From: an uncultured bacterium
GTDB taxonomy: Bacteria; Fidelibacterota; Marinisomatia; Marinisomatales; UBA1611
Reading direction: 5' to 3'
Length of the DNA: 55,221 nucleotides
Assembly (NCBI GenBank): GCA_964511215.1
Contig: CAZEER010000005.1
Location: 1 to 55,221, forward strand
Below are positions 9,129 through 19,729 of the stretch, piece after piece. Position numbers and translations under genes: made by a program. The notes beneath the pieces are model-generated. The model searched no databases, was not told the origin of the DNA, and worked only from the letters and a program-made list of their open reading frames with translations. Within the stretch, counting starts at the first letter, position 1. The number at the start of each line of letters is the position of its first letter.

Positions 9129-10576
9129 AAAATATTTTGAATTGGGAAGAACATGTCTACACCTAATTCCAATTGATTAAAAGCCTTAAATTTATCAGAT
9201 TTGTTAAATCTGAAATTGCATGTTAGTGATATATTTGGTTTATACCACCATTCAATTTCTCCAATGAAATTTTTTACCACTTCAATATTGCCGCTAGGAA
9301 AACTCACAGAATTATAATCATTATATCCATCATACGGAGAGTTAATGATATTTCCCTCACCTATCTCTATCTTACTTATTTCGACTTTTCCAATTACTTT
9401 TTTTGATAATACTAGGCTATTAATGCCAAATTTAAATTCTCTAGCATCACTGCCAATTGACCACCCTAAAGGATTATCACGTTGAATAAAATTATTTCTT
9501 CCATCTTCATGTTTAAAAGTACTTGTTCCTATGCTAATAATTGAGCCATAAAAAGATATCCCTGATTGCAAACTTAAAGGAGTAAAAACACATCTAAGTG
9601 AATATGCAGCCCCATGGTTCTTGCCTTGTTTTTTTTGCTCTAGGTCTAAAATAAACTCATCAAATAAATAATTTGCAGAAAATCTAATATTTTTACGGTT
9701 AAAATAATCAAAGCTTGCTTGCCATAAACCGTTTCCATTATCTGTTCCTAAATCATTTTGTTTGTTATTTAGCTCAATTTCTAAATGAGTCGACATTGGA
9801 TTAAAGTAAGCAAAATCTATTGGTCTATTTTCACCTGAGTATATGACAACCTCAGATATGCTTAATAAAAAATTTTTTTGATTATTCCATTCAACTCCTC
9901 TCCCCGTTATATATCGATTAAAAAATAAAGTGTCTGTTTCAAGATACCCATGAAAATAACGAACTTTTAATTTTCCGAAGTCAAGGTCTAACATACCATA
10001 ATCATACGGACTACAAGTTTCACTTAATGATATCTGGATATCATTACCTGCACCCCAACTTTGTCTCCCTCTTCCAAATTGAATTATCATCCAATCATTT
10101 TCGTAACTAATTCCTGACAGATCTGTTTCACCAGACCTAAATCCTAAACGTGTAATATCCCTTGGGATTCCAGAATATCCTTCAAAATAATTAAGATTAT
10201 TAACTATCCTTGAATACAAATACCCATGGAATCTGGATTTATATGTAAAATGGCCAAATCCATAGATTACTTTTGAATATGAATATAAAGTGTCTGGTTT
10301 TTCTGAAGATAAACTAAAACCCAACCGTGAAGTAATAATTAAGGAGTCTGATATATCTTTGCCATGTGTGTATCGAGTTGGGCCAAAAGTTGTATTTTGA
10401 TCCCAATTACGCCCAATATCAAAAAAATATTTCCCCAATTTGTATTGATAGAATTCTTTAGGTATCTCTTGCGAAAAAAGATAAAAACTCGATAATAATA
10501 ATATCAAGGTTACTTTAATAATACCATCCAACTTTTGAAAAATAATAATAGTTATTATGTTATTTTTCTTATTCAT
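9125..10576 (-). CDS. wzi: Capsule assembly Wzi-family outer-membrane protein
   Basis: Leader peptide; FGRGRQSWGAG, LSISEVVIY, YFNP, DNGN, LFDEF, PLGWSIGSDA; alternating beta-strand pattern near the C-terminus. Confidence 0.65.
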   Translation of the reverse strand: MNKKNNIITIIIFQKLDGIIKVTLILLLSSFYLFSQEIPKEFYQYKLGKYFFDIGRNWDQNTTFGPTRYTHGKDISDSLIITSRLGFSLSSEKPDTLYSYSKVIYGFGHFTYKSRFHGYLYSRIVNNLNYFEGYSGIPRDITRLGFRSGETDLSGISYENDWMIIQFGRGRQSWGAGNDIQISLSETCSPYDYGMLDLDFGKLKVRYFHGYLETDTLFFNRYITGRGVEWNNQKNFLLSISEVVIYSGENRPIDFAYFNPMSTHLEIELNNKQNDLGTDNGNGLWQASFDYFNRKNIRFSANYLFDEFILDLEQKKQGKNHGAAYSLRCVFTPLSLQSGISFYGSIISIGTSTFKHEDGRNNFIQRDNPLGWSIGSDAREFKFGINSLVLSKKVIGKVEISKIEIGEGNIINSPYDGYNDYNSVSFPSGNIEVVKNFIGEIEWWYKPNISLTCNFRFNKSDKFKAFNQLELGVDMFFPIQNIL

Positions 10577-11555
10577 CAGATCTATTTGATGATTTTTTTG
10601 TTTTTAACAATTTTCTAAGTCCAAATAAAAATCCAAAACCATATGAGAAATGTAAACATGGGAAAACTAAAAGAGAGTATAGTTTACATTTAATTCCCTG
10701 TTTCATTAATATCGAAAAAAATAATATTAAAATAGTATAGATTATTGAAGGGATGAAAAATATTGGATTTCTTTCAATAAAAATTAAGGTAAAGGGTATT
10801 GTCATTACAAATAATGCGGGGACAATATGGTACAATCGCATACTGTTTTTTACCTTGCTAAATACTAAAGGTTTAAAAATTCCATAACTGAAATACTGGT
10901 ACCATAAATCACGAAGATTTTCTCTAACATAATATGTAGTACTAAGTTCTGGATCCATAAGTATCTTATACCCTCTCGATCTACAACGATAATTTAATTC
11001 ATCATCTTGATTGCGAATTAAATCTTCATCATAAATCCCAACATTATCCAAAACTATTCTTTTATAAACAGCAAAAGGAACGGTATTAACGTACATTCTT
11101 GAATGTGATGTTCTAAAACTTGATCTACCTACGCCAAAAGGATGCATCATACAATTTGCAATTGCCATTCCTGTCCAATTTTTTCCTTTATGTATGGCTG
11201 GCCCTCCAACAATATCTGCTTTGTTATTATCTAATAGTTCAATTGCAATTTTAAAATAATTTCTTGGGTAAATTGTGTGTCCATCTAGTCGAGAAACATA
11301 TTTCCCTTTTGTTATTGGATAAGCAAGGTTAAATCCAAAGCTTACATACTTATTTTTATTGGTTATAAGAGTACAATTATCATAATCTTTTACAGCCATT
11401 TCTAGCCATTCAAAAGTACCATCATTTGATCCTCCATCAACAAAAATGACTTCGCTTTCAATGTTTGATGTTGATTGCAATATAGAATCAAATGTTCGAT
11501 GAATATATTCCATTTCATTATGGACAGGAATAATAATACTAAGAAGCAATGACAA
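10569..11555 (-). CDS. Glycosyltransferase family 2 (succinoglycan ExoA-like)
   Basis: SIIIPVHNE, VDGGSNDGT, RLDGH, RNQDDELNYR, QYFSYG, C-terminal TM helices; TTG start. Confidence 0.9.
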   Translation of the reverse strand: MSLLLSIIIPVHNEMEYIHRTFDSILQSTSNIESEVIFVDGGSNDGTFEWLEMAVKDYDNCTLITNKNKYVSFGFNLAYPITKGKYVSRLDGHTIYPRNYFKIAIELLDNNKADIVGGPAIHKGKNWTGMAIANCMMHPFGVGRSSFRTSHSRMYVNTVPFAVYKRIVLDNVGIYDEDLIRNQDDELNYRCRSRGYKILMDPELSTTYYVRENLRDLWYQYFSYGIFKPLVFSKVKNSMRLYHIVPALFVMTIPFTLIFIERNPIFFIPSIIYTILILFFSILMKQGIKCKLYSLLVFPCLHFSYGFGFLFGLRKLLKTKKSSNRSDE

Positions 11556-11603
11556 AATTCCAAAAAAAAGAGTTAATAAAACAAAATACTAATCCTATTA
11601 GTT

Positions 11604-12623
11604 TCATTGTTTTGAATATTGTTTTATTAAATTTATCCATTTTGGCATAACTGCACTTATTGAATATTGTTGTGCAGTTCTATATGCGCTTTTAGATAAC
11701 CTATTTGCTATTTTAGGATTATTAATTATTAATTTAATCCCTTCCACCATACCATTTAAATCATTATCATGCACGAGTATAGCATTGTTACCGTTTTTTA
11801 GTAAAAAAGGTATTCCTCCAACATTTGTCGATACTATAGGAAAACCGAGAGCCATAGCTTCAATTATACTTATTGGCATATTATCTATATGAGTTGTATT
11901 TATGAAGATATTACTATCATGTGATATTGATACCCACTCCTTCTTAGTTAGTTTTCCAAGGAATTGTACTTGTTTTTCAACACCTAGTTCTATTGCAAGG
12001 TTTTTACAATTCCTTGCACTACCGTCTTTATCAGGACCAATCATTGTTAGCATTGAACTTTTATTTATTTTACATAATTCATGTAATACATGGATAGCCA
12101 TTTCAGGGTTATATATTTTATGCAGTGATCGGACCCATAATAGTTTAGGACTTAATAAAATCTTTTTTTTAAAAGGATAATTATCAAGATCAACAAAATT
12201 TGGTATATATATAATTTCGTAACTCTGTTTTGATAAAAATTTGCAAAAAAATATTGATGGTGATACATTAATAGCCGAATGCAAAAATAAGAACTTTGAC
12301 AAACTAGGACTCCTTTTAATACGATTTATCAAATTTCCACCTCTGATTATTGGGACATAAGGAATCATAAACAATCTAGATAAAAAACTAAAAAAGACTG
12401 CAAAGTAAAAAGCTCTGCTACTAAATACATCAACAATTATTAATGACAAACTATTTATATTTTTGAAAAAAATAAAATTCATATCCATAAACCGAAAAAA
12501 TTGGTTTTTCTTATTTGATACCGATTTTATTTTGAAAAAATTTTTTAGTTTTGGAACTAATACCTCCATTGCAGTAGGTGTTAGACCATGTGAAGATAAT
12601 TTATTTCCTATATATAATATCAC
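11604..12623 (-). CDS. Glycosyltransferase family 4
   Basis: IPNFVD, WVRSLHKIYNP, DNMPISIIEAMALGFPIVSTNVGGIP. Confidence 0.9.
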   Translation of the reverse strand: MILYIGNKLSSHGLTPTAMEVLVPKLKNFFKIKSVSNKKNQFFRFMDMNFIFFKNINSLSLIIVDVFSSRAFYFAVFFSFLSRLFMIPYVPIIRGGNLINRIKRSPSLSKFLFLHSAINVSPSIFFCKFLSKQSYEIIYIPNFVDLDNYPFKKKILLSPKLLWVRSLHKIYNPEMAIHVLHELCKINKSSMLTMIGPDKDGSARNCKNLAIELGVEKQVQFLGKLTKKEWVSISHDSNIFINTTHIDNMPISIIEAMALGFPIVSTNVGGIPFLLKNGNNAILVHDNDLNGMVEGIKLIINNPKIANRLSKSAYRTAQQYSISAVMPKWINLIKQYSKQ

Positions 12624-13993
12624 TTTTCTTGAATTTTTAATTGAGAATCAACAAGTATCATAAATGCTAGTCCAAAAATAAAACCTGGCATTGCAAGTCT
12701 CATTGCTGAATGGAACATGGTTAATACTGCTATTAAAATAAAACACATAAAAATTGTTTTATTATTTTCATCACGAAAAAAGTACTCTTTTAGAATAAAC
12801 ACTATCGATACTATTAAAGCCATAACACCTAATAAACCATGTTCTGCTAACAAACGAGTAATTTCACTATGCGCTGCTACAGATTTCCCATATCCATATA
12901 CTTTTCTTAAGTCATTTGCCATTCCAGGGCCGACACCAGTAATAAAGTTATCCAAGAATATATTTAGATCTGCAAGCATAATCAGCGTCCTAGATGTTCC
13001 AGCTATTTGTCCTGGCTCATCTGAACTAATAACAGCTATATAACGATCTTGAATCATCCCACCAGTAAAATCAGCTGAGAAATTCCAGATTATTATTATT
13101 ATTATAGTCAAAAAAATTATTTTAGATTTTTTTATTAATGTATTTTTACTTTTCTTTTGAGAGGAAACAAACCATGCAAATCCAATAGAAATAATTGCAG
13201 TAATCATTCCTCCTCTAGCAAAAGTTAAAAATGCCTGTAATGCACAAATACCAAGAAGCAAATAATCAATTAATTCATTTTTAAATATTCTGTAATTGAG
13301 AAGTTTTGTTAAACCAATAACTGCAACTATGATACCTAACATTGATGATACCTGATTAGGACCATAATAGCCACTAAGTGCTTGATTTGCCTCACTCGAA
13401 AATAAAATCTTATCTAAAGATGGTAACCTTAGAAATATAATTATGCTCATTGTAGTAATAGGGAATAATAGTGCACGAAATACTTGCAATAATTCCTTTT
13501 TATAAAATAATCTATTCCTAAAATAAAGGACAGAAATAAATAGAGTCAATGGACCAGATAAATTAAAAGCAACCACTTGCCGCCATTCATTAAAACTAAT
13601 ATATGGAATGAAAATTATTGAAGGAAAAAATGATAAGATATATATAAGCATTAAGATTGATATCTTATGACCTCTAATGTTCTCCATGTACAGACCCAAT
13701 AAACAAAAAATAATGACGGAATATTTAGAAAACTCCCAAAATATTGATGCAGCAGTCATCCTAAGAGCAATTTCAATACCAACACTATAAGCAGAAAATA
13801 GAGCAGCTTCATTATAACGGTTTCTATTTTTGAGTATACTATAAATTCCATAAAAGAAAATTGACCAGGCCCATAAGGTAGATAAAAAGTAAATCTGTCT
13901 ATTCTGACCTTCTATTATTACAATACCAAGTAAAATGTGGCATAGCAATAAAAAATATTTACCATTATCCAGATGTTTTATATAGAAAGGCAT
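12620..13993 (-). CDS. wzy: O-antigen polymerase/ligase-family membrane protein (Wzy_C)
   Basis: About 11-12 TM segments; GPNQVS, LTFARGG, SRTLI...F.DN.ITGVGPG, AAHSEITRLLAEHGLLG. Polymerase versus ligase cannot be decided from motifs. Confidence 0.8.
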   Translation of the reverse strand: MPFYIKHLDNGKYFLLLCHILLGIVIIEGQNRQIYFLSTLWAWSIFFYGIYSILKNRNRYNEAALFSAYSVGIEIALRMTAASIFWEFSKYSVIIFCLLGLYMENIRGHKISILMLIYILSFFPSIIFIPYISFNEWRQVVAFNLSGPLTLFISVLYFRNRLFYKKELLQVFRALLFPITTMSIIIFLRLPSLDKILFSSEANQALSGYYGPNQVSSMLGIIVAVIGLTKLLNYRIFKNELIDYLLLGICALQAFLTFARGGMITAIISIGFAWFVSSQKKSKNTLIKKSKIIFLTIIIIIIWNFSADFTGGMIQDRYIAVISSDEPGQIAGTSRTLIMLADLNIFLDNFITGVGPGMANDLRKVYGYGKSVAAHSEITRLLAEHGLLGVMALIVSIVFILKEYFFRDENNKTIFMCFILIAVLTMFHSAMRLAMPGFIFGLAFMILVDSQLKIQEK

Positions 13994-14162
13994 ATTTATA
14001 AAAGCGCTAGGATATAAAATTAAACTTTGTATTGTTATATTTTTTAACTGTCAAAATCATATCTAGTTATTAATCTAATAATAAGAACTCCCAAATGAAT
14101 AAACTAAAACATATAAAATTGACTATGCAACTAAACCTTACAAAAAATGGGAAGAATAGTAA

Positions 14163-15500
14163 TTATGCAATTACTGACATTACTTGATCAATAAATAAAC
14201 TCATTACTTTTTTAGGACGCATGTAAAACCTTTTGTATGCACTTACTATTGATTTATCTATCTCCTCTTCAGTTAGATTATCTTGAGATATTGTCATATT
14301 AAATTGATTATATTCCTCGAATTCCTTATCTAATAAAGAATTATTTTGCTTAAGACTCTCATAGTATGCGGTTCCAGGATAAGGAGTCGAGACTGAGAAA
14401 CGAGCCATGAAAATATTTTGCTCCAAAGAGAATTGTATAGTTTTTTCAATCGAGTTGGTTGTATCTCCTTCCAAACCAAAAATGAAAAATCCAATTACTT
14501 TTATTCCAAGTTTTCTACAATAATTAATAATCTCAGCCTGATGAGCAGCTTCAGATAGTTTTCTTTTATTTAGCTTAGCTATATCAGCATTATTTGTTTC
14601 TATACCAATATTTACACTTTTTAAACCCGCCTTTTTCATTAACAATAAATTGTTTTTTGTTAATAGATCAGCTCTTGTTTCTATACCCCAATCTATTGAA
14701 ATATTTTTTTTGATAATTTCTTCAGATAATAAAAAAGGGTATTCTTTATCAATACCAAATATAGGGTCTCTAAATAGCAATGATCTCATTAAGAACTTAT
14801 TTTGCATAAATGCTATGTCCTCGACTAAAGATTTGACAGATCTTTGTCTTACCTTTTTACCTTGACTCGTTGGGTAAGTGCAATAATAACCGCAACTATA
14901 AGGACATCCTCTACTTGATTGAATAGTAAGTATCGGTCCTTTATTAAGAATAGGCCTATATTTATATTGATTGATAGGGAATGCTGAATAATTTGGGCTT
15001 GGAAGGTCATCCATATCAATCCACCTATTTACTTTAATTATACCATCTAATTCCTCAATAGAGTGAAATTGATAAAGGAAAAAAGCTTCCGCTTCACCAT
15101 CGATAATAAAATCTGAATTTGAAAATAGATTTGGCATTTTCGCAGGAAAAGGTCCAATAAAACCCACTCTAGAAGTTTTAAATCTAGTTTTCAATTCACC
15201 TGCTATTTCATTTTCTTTTTTGTAATCAACAATCGAACCCACTATAATAAAAATATCAAAATAATCATTTGGTTTATTTTTATAGAAGTATTTGACAGAG
15301 TATCCTTTTTTTTCCAAAATGGTATAAATATAAATGGATGTTAAATGAGGTAAAAACACAGCCTGCCCTCTAAGGTTTTGGAATAATCTACCATATAGAG
15401 AATTACCAAAGTTATCCTTAGTACCATAACTACCATTGAGGTCTTTGTTTATCGATCTATTTCCAAATATTTTAGTTGTATCAATTAAAGCTATTTTCAT
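14163..15500 (-). CDS. B12-binding radical SAM protein (class B methyltransferase-like) with atypical CX3CX3C motif
   Basis: N-terminal cobalamin-binding-like domain (GEAE, DDLPSP); SSRGCPYSCGYYC; FRDPIF, ETRAD, IGIET, FFIFGLEGDT, TPYPGT. Confidence 0.85.
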   Translation of the reverse strand: MKIALIDTTKIFGNRSINKDLNGSYGTKDNFGNSLYGRLFQNLRGQAVFLPHLTSIYIYTILEKKGYSVKYFYKNKPNDYFDIFIIVGSIVDYKKENEIAGELKTRFKTSRVGFIGPFPAKMPNLFSNSDFIIDGEAEAFFLYQFHSIEELDGIIKVNRWIDMDDLPSPNYSAFPINQYKYRPILNKGPILTIQSSRGCPYSCGYYCTYPTSQGKKVRQRSVKSLVEDIAFMQNKFLMRSLLFRDPIFGIDKEYPFLLSEEIIKKNISIDWGIETRADLLTKNNLLLMKKAGLKSVNIGIETNNADIAKLNKRKLSEAAHQAEIINYCRKLGIKVIGFFIFGLEGDTTNSIEKTIQFSLEQNIFMARFSVSTPYPGTAYYESLKQNNSLLDKEFEEYNQFNMTISQDNLTEEEIDKSIVSAYKRFYMRPKKVMSLFIDQVMSVIA

Positions 15501-15591
15501 AGTAGCATATCAGTTATTTAAATAATTACCCATTTTGTTTATTAAAATAATCATGGCTTATTAAAAGTAGGATAATCTGAACCAGCTTTAA

Positions 15592-16749
15592 TTAATGCAA
15601 AATGGATCTACAAACCATTTTTATATAGTTTTCAAAAGTAAATTGTTTTGCAATTAAACTAATATTATTTGAACAATGTTTCAGACTCTTGCTATCGCTT
15701 ATAATGGATTTAAAAGAATTTACAGAAAACCTTCCTAATTGCGAATCTAGGATATAACCATTATGACTATTTTTTATAACACTTTTTATTTGATCGATGT
15801 CAGAAATAATTGGCACGCAACCAAATGCTCCTGCTTCCATTATAACTTTTGGAAACCCTTCACTTTTTGATAACAATATAATTACATGTGATTTTTCATA
15901 ATATTTGAAAACGTCATATCTTGATATTGCTCCAGTAAAACAGATGTCAATTGGTAAGTTTTTTTTAAAAGTTTTATAATCTAATCTTTCATCTGTTTCT
16001 CCGATAACTGTTAACGATTCAATATGATTGATATTGCCTATATTTCCCATCAAATAAATTAAATCATCAAAACCTTTTGCATTTTCAACGCGACCTACAA
16101 ATAATAATCTTAATTTTCTATCAAATTGCTTTTTTTTTGAAATAATCTCAGCATTAGAAAAAGTATTGTTATCAAAGCACGGATTAATAAAATTAAAAAA
16201 ATTAATTCTCTTCCTTTCAAAGGATCCATTGATTGAAATTTTTACATTTTTTGGAAAAATTTTTAATATCCACCTCTGTATTTTATAAGATAGAGGAGCC
16301 ATTTTATCATTCCAAGATCCCGCATATTTAATCCACGTACCACCTTTCCAAAAAAATAATACCCAAGGAAGATATAATAGACCTAGGCCTGCTGGCACAC
16401 GAAAATGAAGTATATCTGAGACTTTAAGACAATCTTTTATTTTTTTAAAATTCTTAAATAAATACTGAAAATGCATCAACTTTGATTTAATTGTCTTACC
16501 TCCAGCAGGGTTCAAAGGAATAAAAATTATATTACTACTTTTATATTCAAAAAAAGAGAGGTTCGGAGAACCTCTCTGCAAAGGAGCACAGTGGTACACC
16601 GTATTAAATAACTTTGAAAGATGGTCTATTTCTTCAACAGTAGATCCAAATCCAACAATTGTATTATTATTTTTTTTATAGTGATCAGTATGTGATATAA
16701 TAGTACAAATTTTATATTTGCTTTTTGATCCTTTTTTCAATGTACTCAA
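15592..16749 (-). CDS. Glycosyltransferase family 4
   Basis: LLFVGRVENAKG, SKSEGFPKVIMEAGAFGCVPI. Confidence 0.88.
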   Translation of the reverse strand: MSTLKKGSKSKYKICTIISHTDHYKKNNNTIVGFGSTVEEIDHLSKLFNTVYHCAPLQRGSPNLSFFEYKSSNIIFIPLNPAGGKTIKSKLMHFQYLFKNFKKIKDCLKVSDILHFRVPAGLGLLYLPWVLFFWKGGTWIKYAGSWNDKMAPLSYKIQRWILKIFPKNVKISINGSFERKRINFFNFINPCFDNNTFSNAEIISKKKQFDRKLRLLFVGRVENAKGFDDLIYLMGNIGNINHIESLTVIGETDERLDYKTFKKNLPIDICFTGAISRYDVFKYYEKSHVIILLSKSEGFPKVIMEAGAFGCVPIISDIDQIKSVIKNSHNGYILDSQLGRFSVNSFKSIISDSKSLKHCSNNISLIAKQFTFENYIKMVCRSILH

Positions 16750-18590
16750 TGGTTAAGAAATTTTGCTGCTGAATAGATTATAAAATAACGTTGCAATATC
16801 GATTGTCTTTTCAGATTTGATCTTCTATTACCAAAACTCATAAAATTATTGCAAAGTCCATCAACGTAATCTTTATCAAGGTAATCTCCTCCACCATTTT
16901 TCATAAACGTTTTTATTTCATAATTCATTTCTTTTTTTTCTGATAATTTCAGGTATTCATCAAAAGGAATCGAGAATCCTCGTTTAGGTAGATAACTACC
17001 AAACCCTCGATATAACCTATTATGTAAAGTCCGCAATGGAATCTTTCCACTTCCAAACTTATACTTTTTCTTTTTTGGAATTGTTAAAGAATAATTAACT
17101 AAATCTTCATCAAGGAAAGGTACACGATATTCTACTCCATTATACATTGACATCATATCCGTTTTTCTTAAATAATCACTTAATAATACTGTCCTAAAAA
17201 ATTGATTTATAATCATATTATCAATGCTTGAAGTTTTTTCTATTTCTGTATTCCATTTATATGAAATACTTTTTGATAGCCAGTTAGAATTTAAATTCTT
17301 TGAAAGTGCGTTGTTGAGAAGCCAAGAGTTTCTATAATAAAACGACTCATTAAGATTCCCCGATAGACCATTAATTTTTAATAATTTTCGATTTTGAATA
17401 AATTTTAAGATTATATATGAAATTTTATTTATTATTTTCTTAAAAATTAAATTTGAGTTTAAAAAATATAAATAATGCATTGAGTCATAACCATATAAGT
17501 GCTCATCCCCTCCATCTCCACCTAGTATAACGGTAGAAGATATTTTTTTACAAGCTTTATTTAGAAAGAATGAAGGAATAAATGAGCTATCACCAAAAGG
17601 TTGATCAAAATGTCGGAGTAAATCATTAATCTTTTCCAAGTTTATATTTTGATTGATTGTTATAATTTCTGTTTTTTTATTTAAAATTTTTGAATATTGT
17701 AAAGCTATTTTACTTTCATCAAAACTAGGGTTTTCCATTTTGACTGTTAAACCATAATTCTTTTTATTATGCTTTGCCAAAGCAAAAATGGTAGAAGAAT
17801 CTATTCCCGAACTCAATGCAAACTTTATTGGAACATCTGATACTAAATTTCTATTCACTGCTTGTCTAATATAAAATTCGAAATTTTTTGGATATTTAAT
17901 TTTTTCTTTTGATCCCCATTGGATTACATTGAGATTTTTAACACTATGTTGATTATTGTTTACATTGAATATTTCAATAAATCCTGGACGCTGCGTTCTT
18001 ATGGTTTTATATATAGTACGAGGTTCAGAACAATATCCCTGCATCAAATAGTGAAGTATCATTATTTGATCTGTCTCTTGACCACCATTTAAGTAAGATA
18101 TGATTCCTTTTATCTCACTTGAAATTATATAGATATCTTCATTTTGAAATATATATAGAGGTTTTATTCCAAAACTATCCCGGACACTTATTATTTTTTT
18201 TTGATTATCTCTAAAATCATACATTACAAATGCATACATTCCTCTTAATTTTTCAAAAAAAGAAATACCAAATTTTTCATAACCTTCAATAATTAATTCT
18301 GAATCAGATTTAGTATTAAACCCTCTATCTTTTAATAAATTTATTTTCAGACTTTTATAATTGTAAATCTCACCATTATATACAAGTATAACTTTACCAT
18401 TTTTATTCACCATCGGCTGATTTGCATTTTTACCTAAGTCGATTATACTTAATCTATTATGTCCTAGAAAAATATCTTCATAAACAACCGTACCTGTATG
18501 ATCTGGGCCTCTATGTTTAAGTGTTTTTAGCGCCTTTTTTGCATTGTTTAAATGCAAATTTTTATCTCTAATCATTAAAAAACCACACAT
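16746..18590 (-). CDS. asnB: Asparagine synthase-like glutamine amidotransferase (WbpS-type glycan amidation)
   Basis: MCG start (N-terminal nucleophile Cys), HRGPD, RLSIID, NGEIYN, RDSFGIKPL, LSSGIDSS, GDGGDE, RVPFLD. Confidence 0.9.
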   Translation of the reverse strand: MCGFLMIRDKNLHLNNAKKALKTLKHRGPDHTGTVVYEDIFLGHNRLSIIDLGKNANQPMVNKNGKVILVYNGEIYNYKSLKINLLKDRGFNTKSDSELIIEGYEKFGISFFEKLRGMYAFVMYDFRDNQKKIISVRDSFGIKPLYIFQNEDIYIISSEIKGIISYLNGGQETDQIMILHYLMQGYCSEPRTIYKTIRTQRPGFIEIFNVNNNQHSVKNLNVIQWGSKEKIKYPKNFEFYIRQAVNRNLVSDVPIKFALSSGIDSSTIFALAKHNKKNYGLTVKMENPSFDESKIALQYSKILNKKTEIITINQNINLEKINDLLRHFDQPFGDSSFIPSFFLNKACKKISSTVILGGDGGDEHLYGYDSMHYLYFLNSNLIFKKIINKISYIILKFIQNRKLLKINGLSGNLNESFYYRNSWLLNNALSKNLNSNWLSKSISYKWNTEIEKTSSIDNMIINQFFRTVLLSDYLRKTDMMSMYNGVEYRVPFLDEDLVNYSLTIPKKKKYKFGSGKIPLRTLHNRLYRGFGSYLPKRGFSIPFDEYLKLSEKKEMNYEIKTFMKNGGGDYLDKDYVDGLCNNFMSFGNRRSNLKRQSILQRYFIIYSAAKFLNH

Positions 18591-18622
18591 AGCTACTATT
18601 AAATTATTTTAGATGACAACAT

Positions 18623-19729
18623 TCATTTTAGTAGATTTAAGTAAGAATTAGCTACATTTTTCCAAGTTTTATTCCTCGAAAATAACCTCGCATTGTAACT
18701 ATAATAATTATAAGACTTAATAATTTTATCTAACGCTTCAATTAATTCTATTTTCTTCAAGGGATTAATTAATATACCATTGATATTATCATCAATAGCA
18801 TCTTCAATACCACAACCAATAGATCCTATACAAGGTAATCCCAAATAATTTGCTTCTAATATTACAATCCCAAACCCTTCGACATCACCATCATCCTGAT
18901 TTTCACTCAATAAGAGAAAAATGTCGCAATCCTGTAATAGATTAAACATCTTTTCATCATCTAAGAATCCATGAAAAATAACTTTTTTTTGCACATTTTT
19001 ATCTAATGCTAATTTTTTCAATCTTGTGATATCTTGAGGTAAACCAACCATATGATACTCAATTTCAGGATAATATTTTTCTAAATTTTCAAGCGCATTA
19101 ATTATATTATGCTGACCTTTTCTTTTACAAAGCCTACCAACGGTTATTAACCTAATTGGGGCATCATACTGTATTGGATTCTTTTTTTTATTTATATTAC
19201 AGTATTTATCAATCCTATAAGGATCTAACCCATTGTTGATAACAATAATATTTTTATCATTTATAAGTTTTTGAGCAGATTTTTTAGAAAAATTTGAAAC
19301 AGCTACAATTATATCCATTTTTTTCAAAGCATAAAACAAAATCAACTTTTTTATATTTTTTACCATCAGTGGTTCATGACCATGCAAAATGGTAAGTGAT
19401 TTTATTTTAACAAAATATTGTAAAATTCCTATTGCTATTACATGGTTCAAACCTGAAACAAATACCCAATCATATCTTTTCTGTCTTTTTATTTGTTGAT
19501 TAAAAAAATTATAATAACAGTTAAACAATTGAGTCAAAGAAGAATATCTAAGAATCGTCATTGGTATAGTTTTATCATAGTGTTGATGTGGAAACTGAAA
19601 CCTGCTCCTAGTTATTATATCGACATTAATATTTTTTTTTCTTAATTCATTAGTGATATTGTATGCATGTTCGCCAATCCCTCCTGGACCCGGTGGAAAT
19701 TCAGATGAAATAAATAAAATATTATACAA
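18623..19729 (-). CDS. Glycosyltransferase family 4
   Basis: SSEFPPGPGGI, ITVGRLCKRKGQ, VEGFGIVILEA; TTG start. Confidence 0.9.
   Translation of the reverse strand: MYNILFISSEFPPGPGGIGEHAYNITNELRKKNINVDIITRSRFQFPHQHYDKTIPMTILRYSSLTQLFNCYYNFFNQQIKRQKRYDWVFVSGLNHVIAIGILQYFVKIKSLTILHGHEPLMVKNIKKLILFYALKKMDIIVAVSNFSKKSAQKLINDKNIIVINNGLDPYRIDKYCNINKKKNPIQYDAPIRLITVGRLCKRKGQHNIINALENLEKYYPEIEYHMVGLPQDITRLKKLALDKNVQKKVIFHGFLDDEKMFNLLQDCDIFLLLSENQDDGDVEGFGIVILEANYLGLPCIGSIGCGIEDAIDDNINGILINPLKKIELIEALDKIIKSYNYYSYNARLFSRNKTWKNVANSYLNLLK

Noticed and set aside
14070-14162. In-frame hydrophobic 30-codon stretch after the radical SAM stop codon (possible readthrough membrane tail)
   Set aside because: The stop is TAA, the protein already ends at a normal family position, and T-rich spacers give hydrophobic translations by chance.
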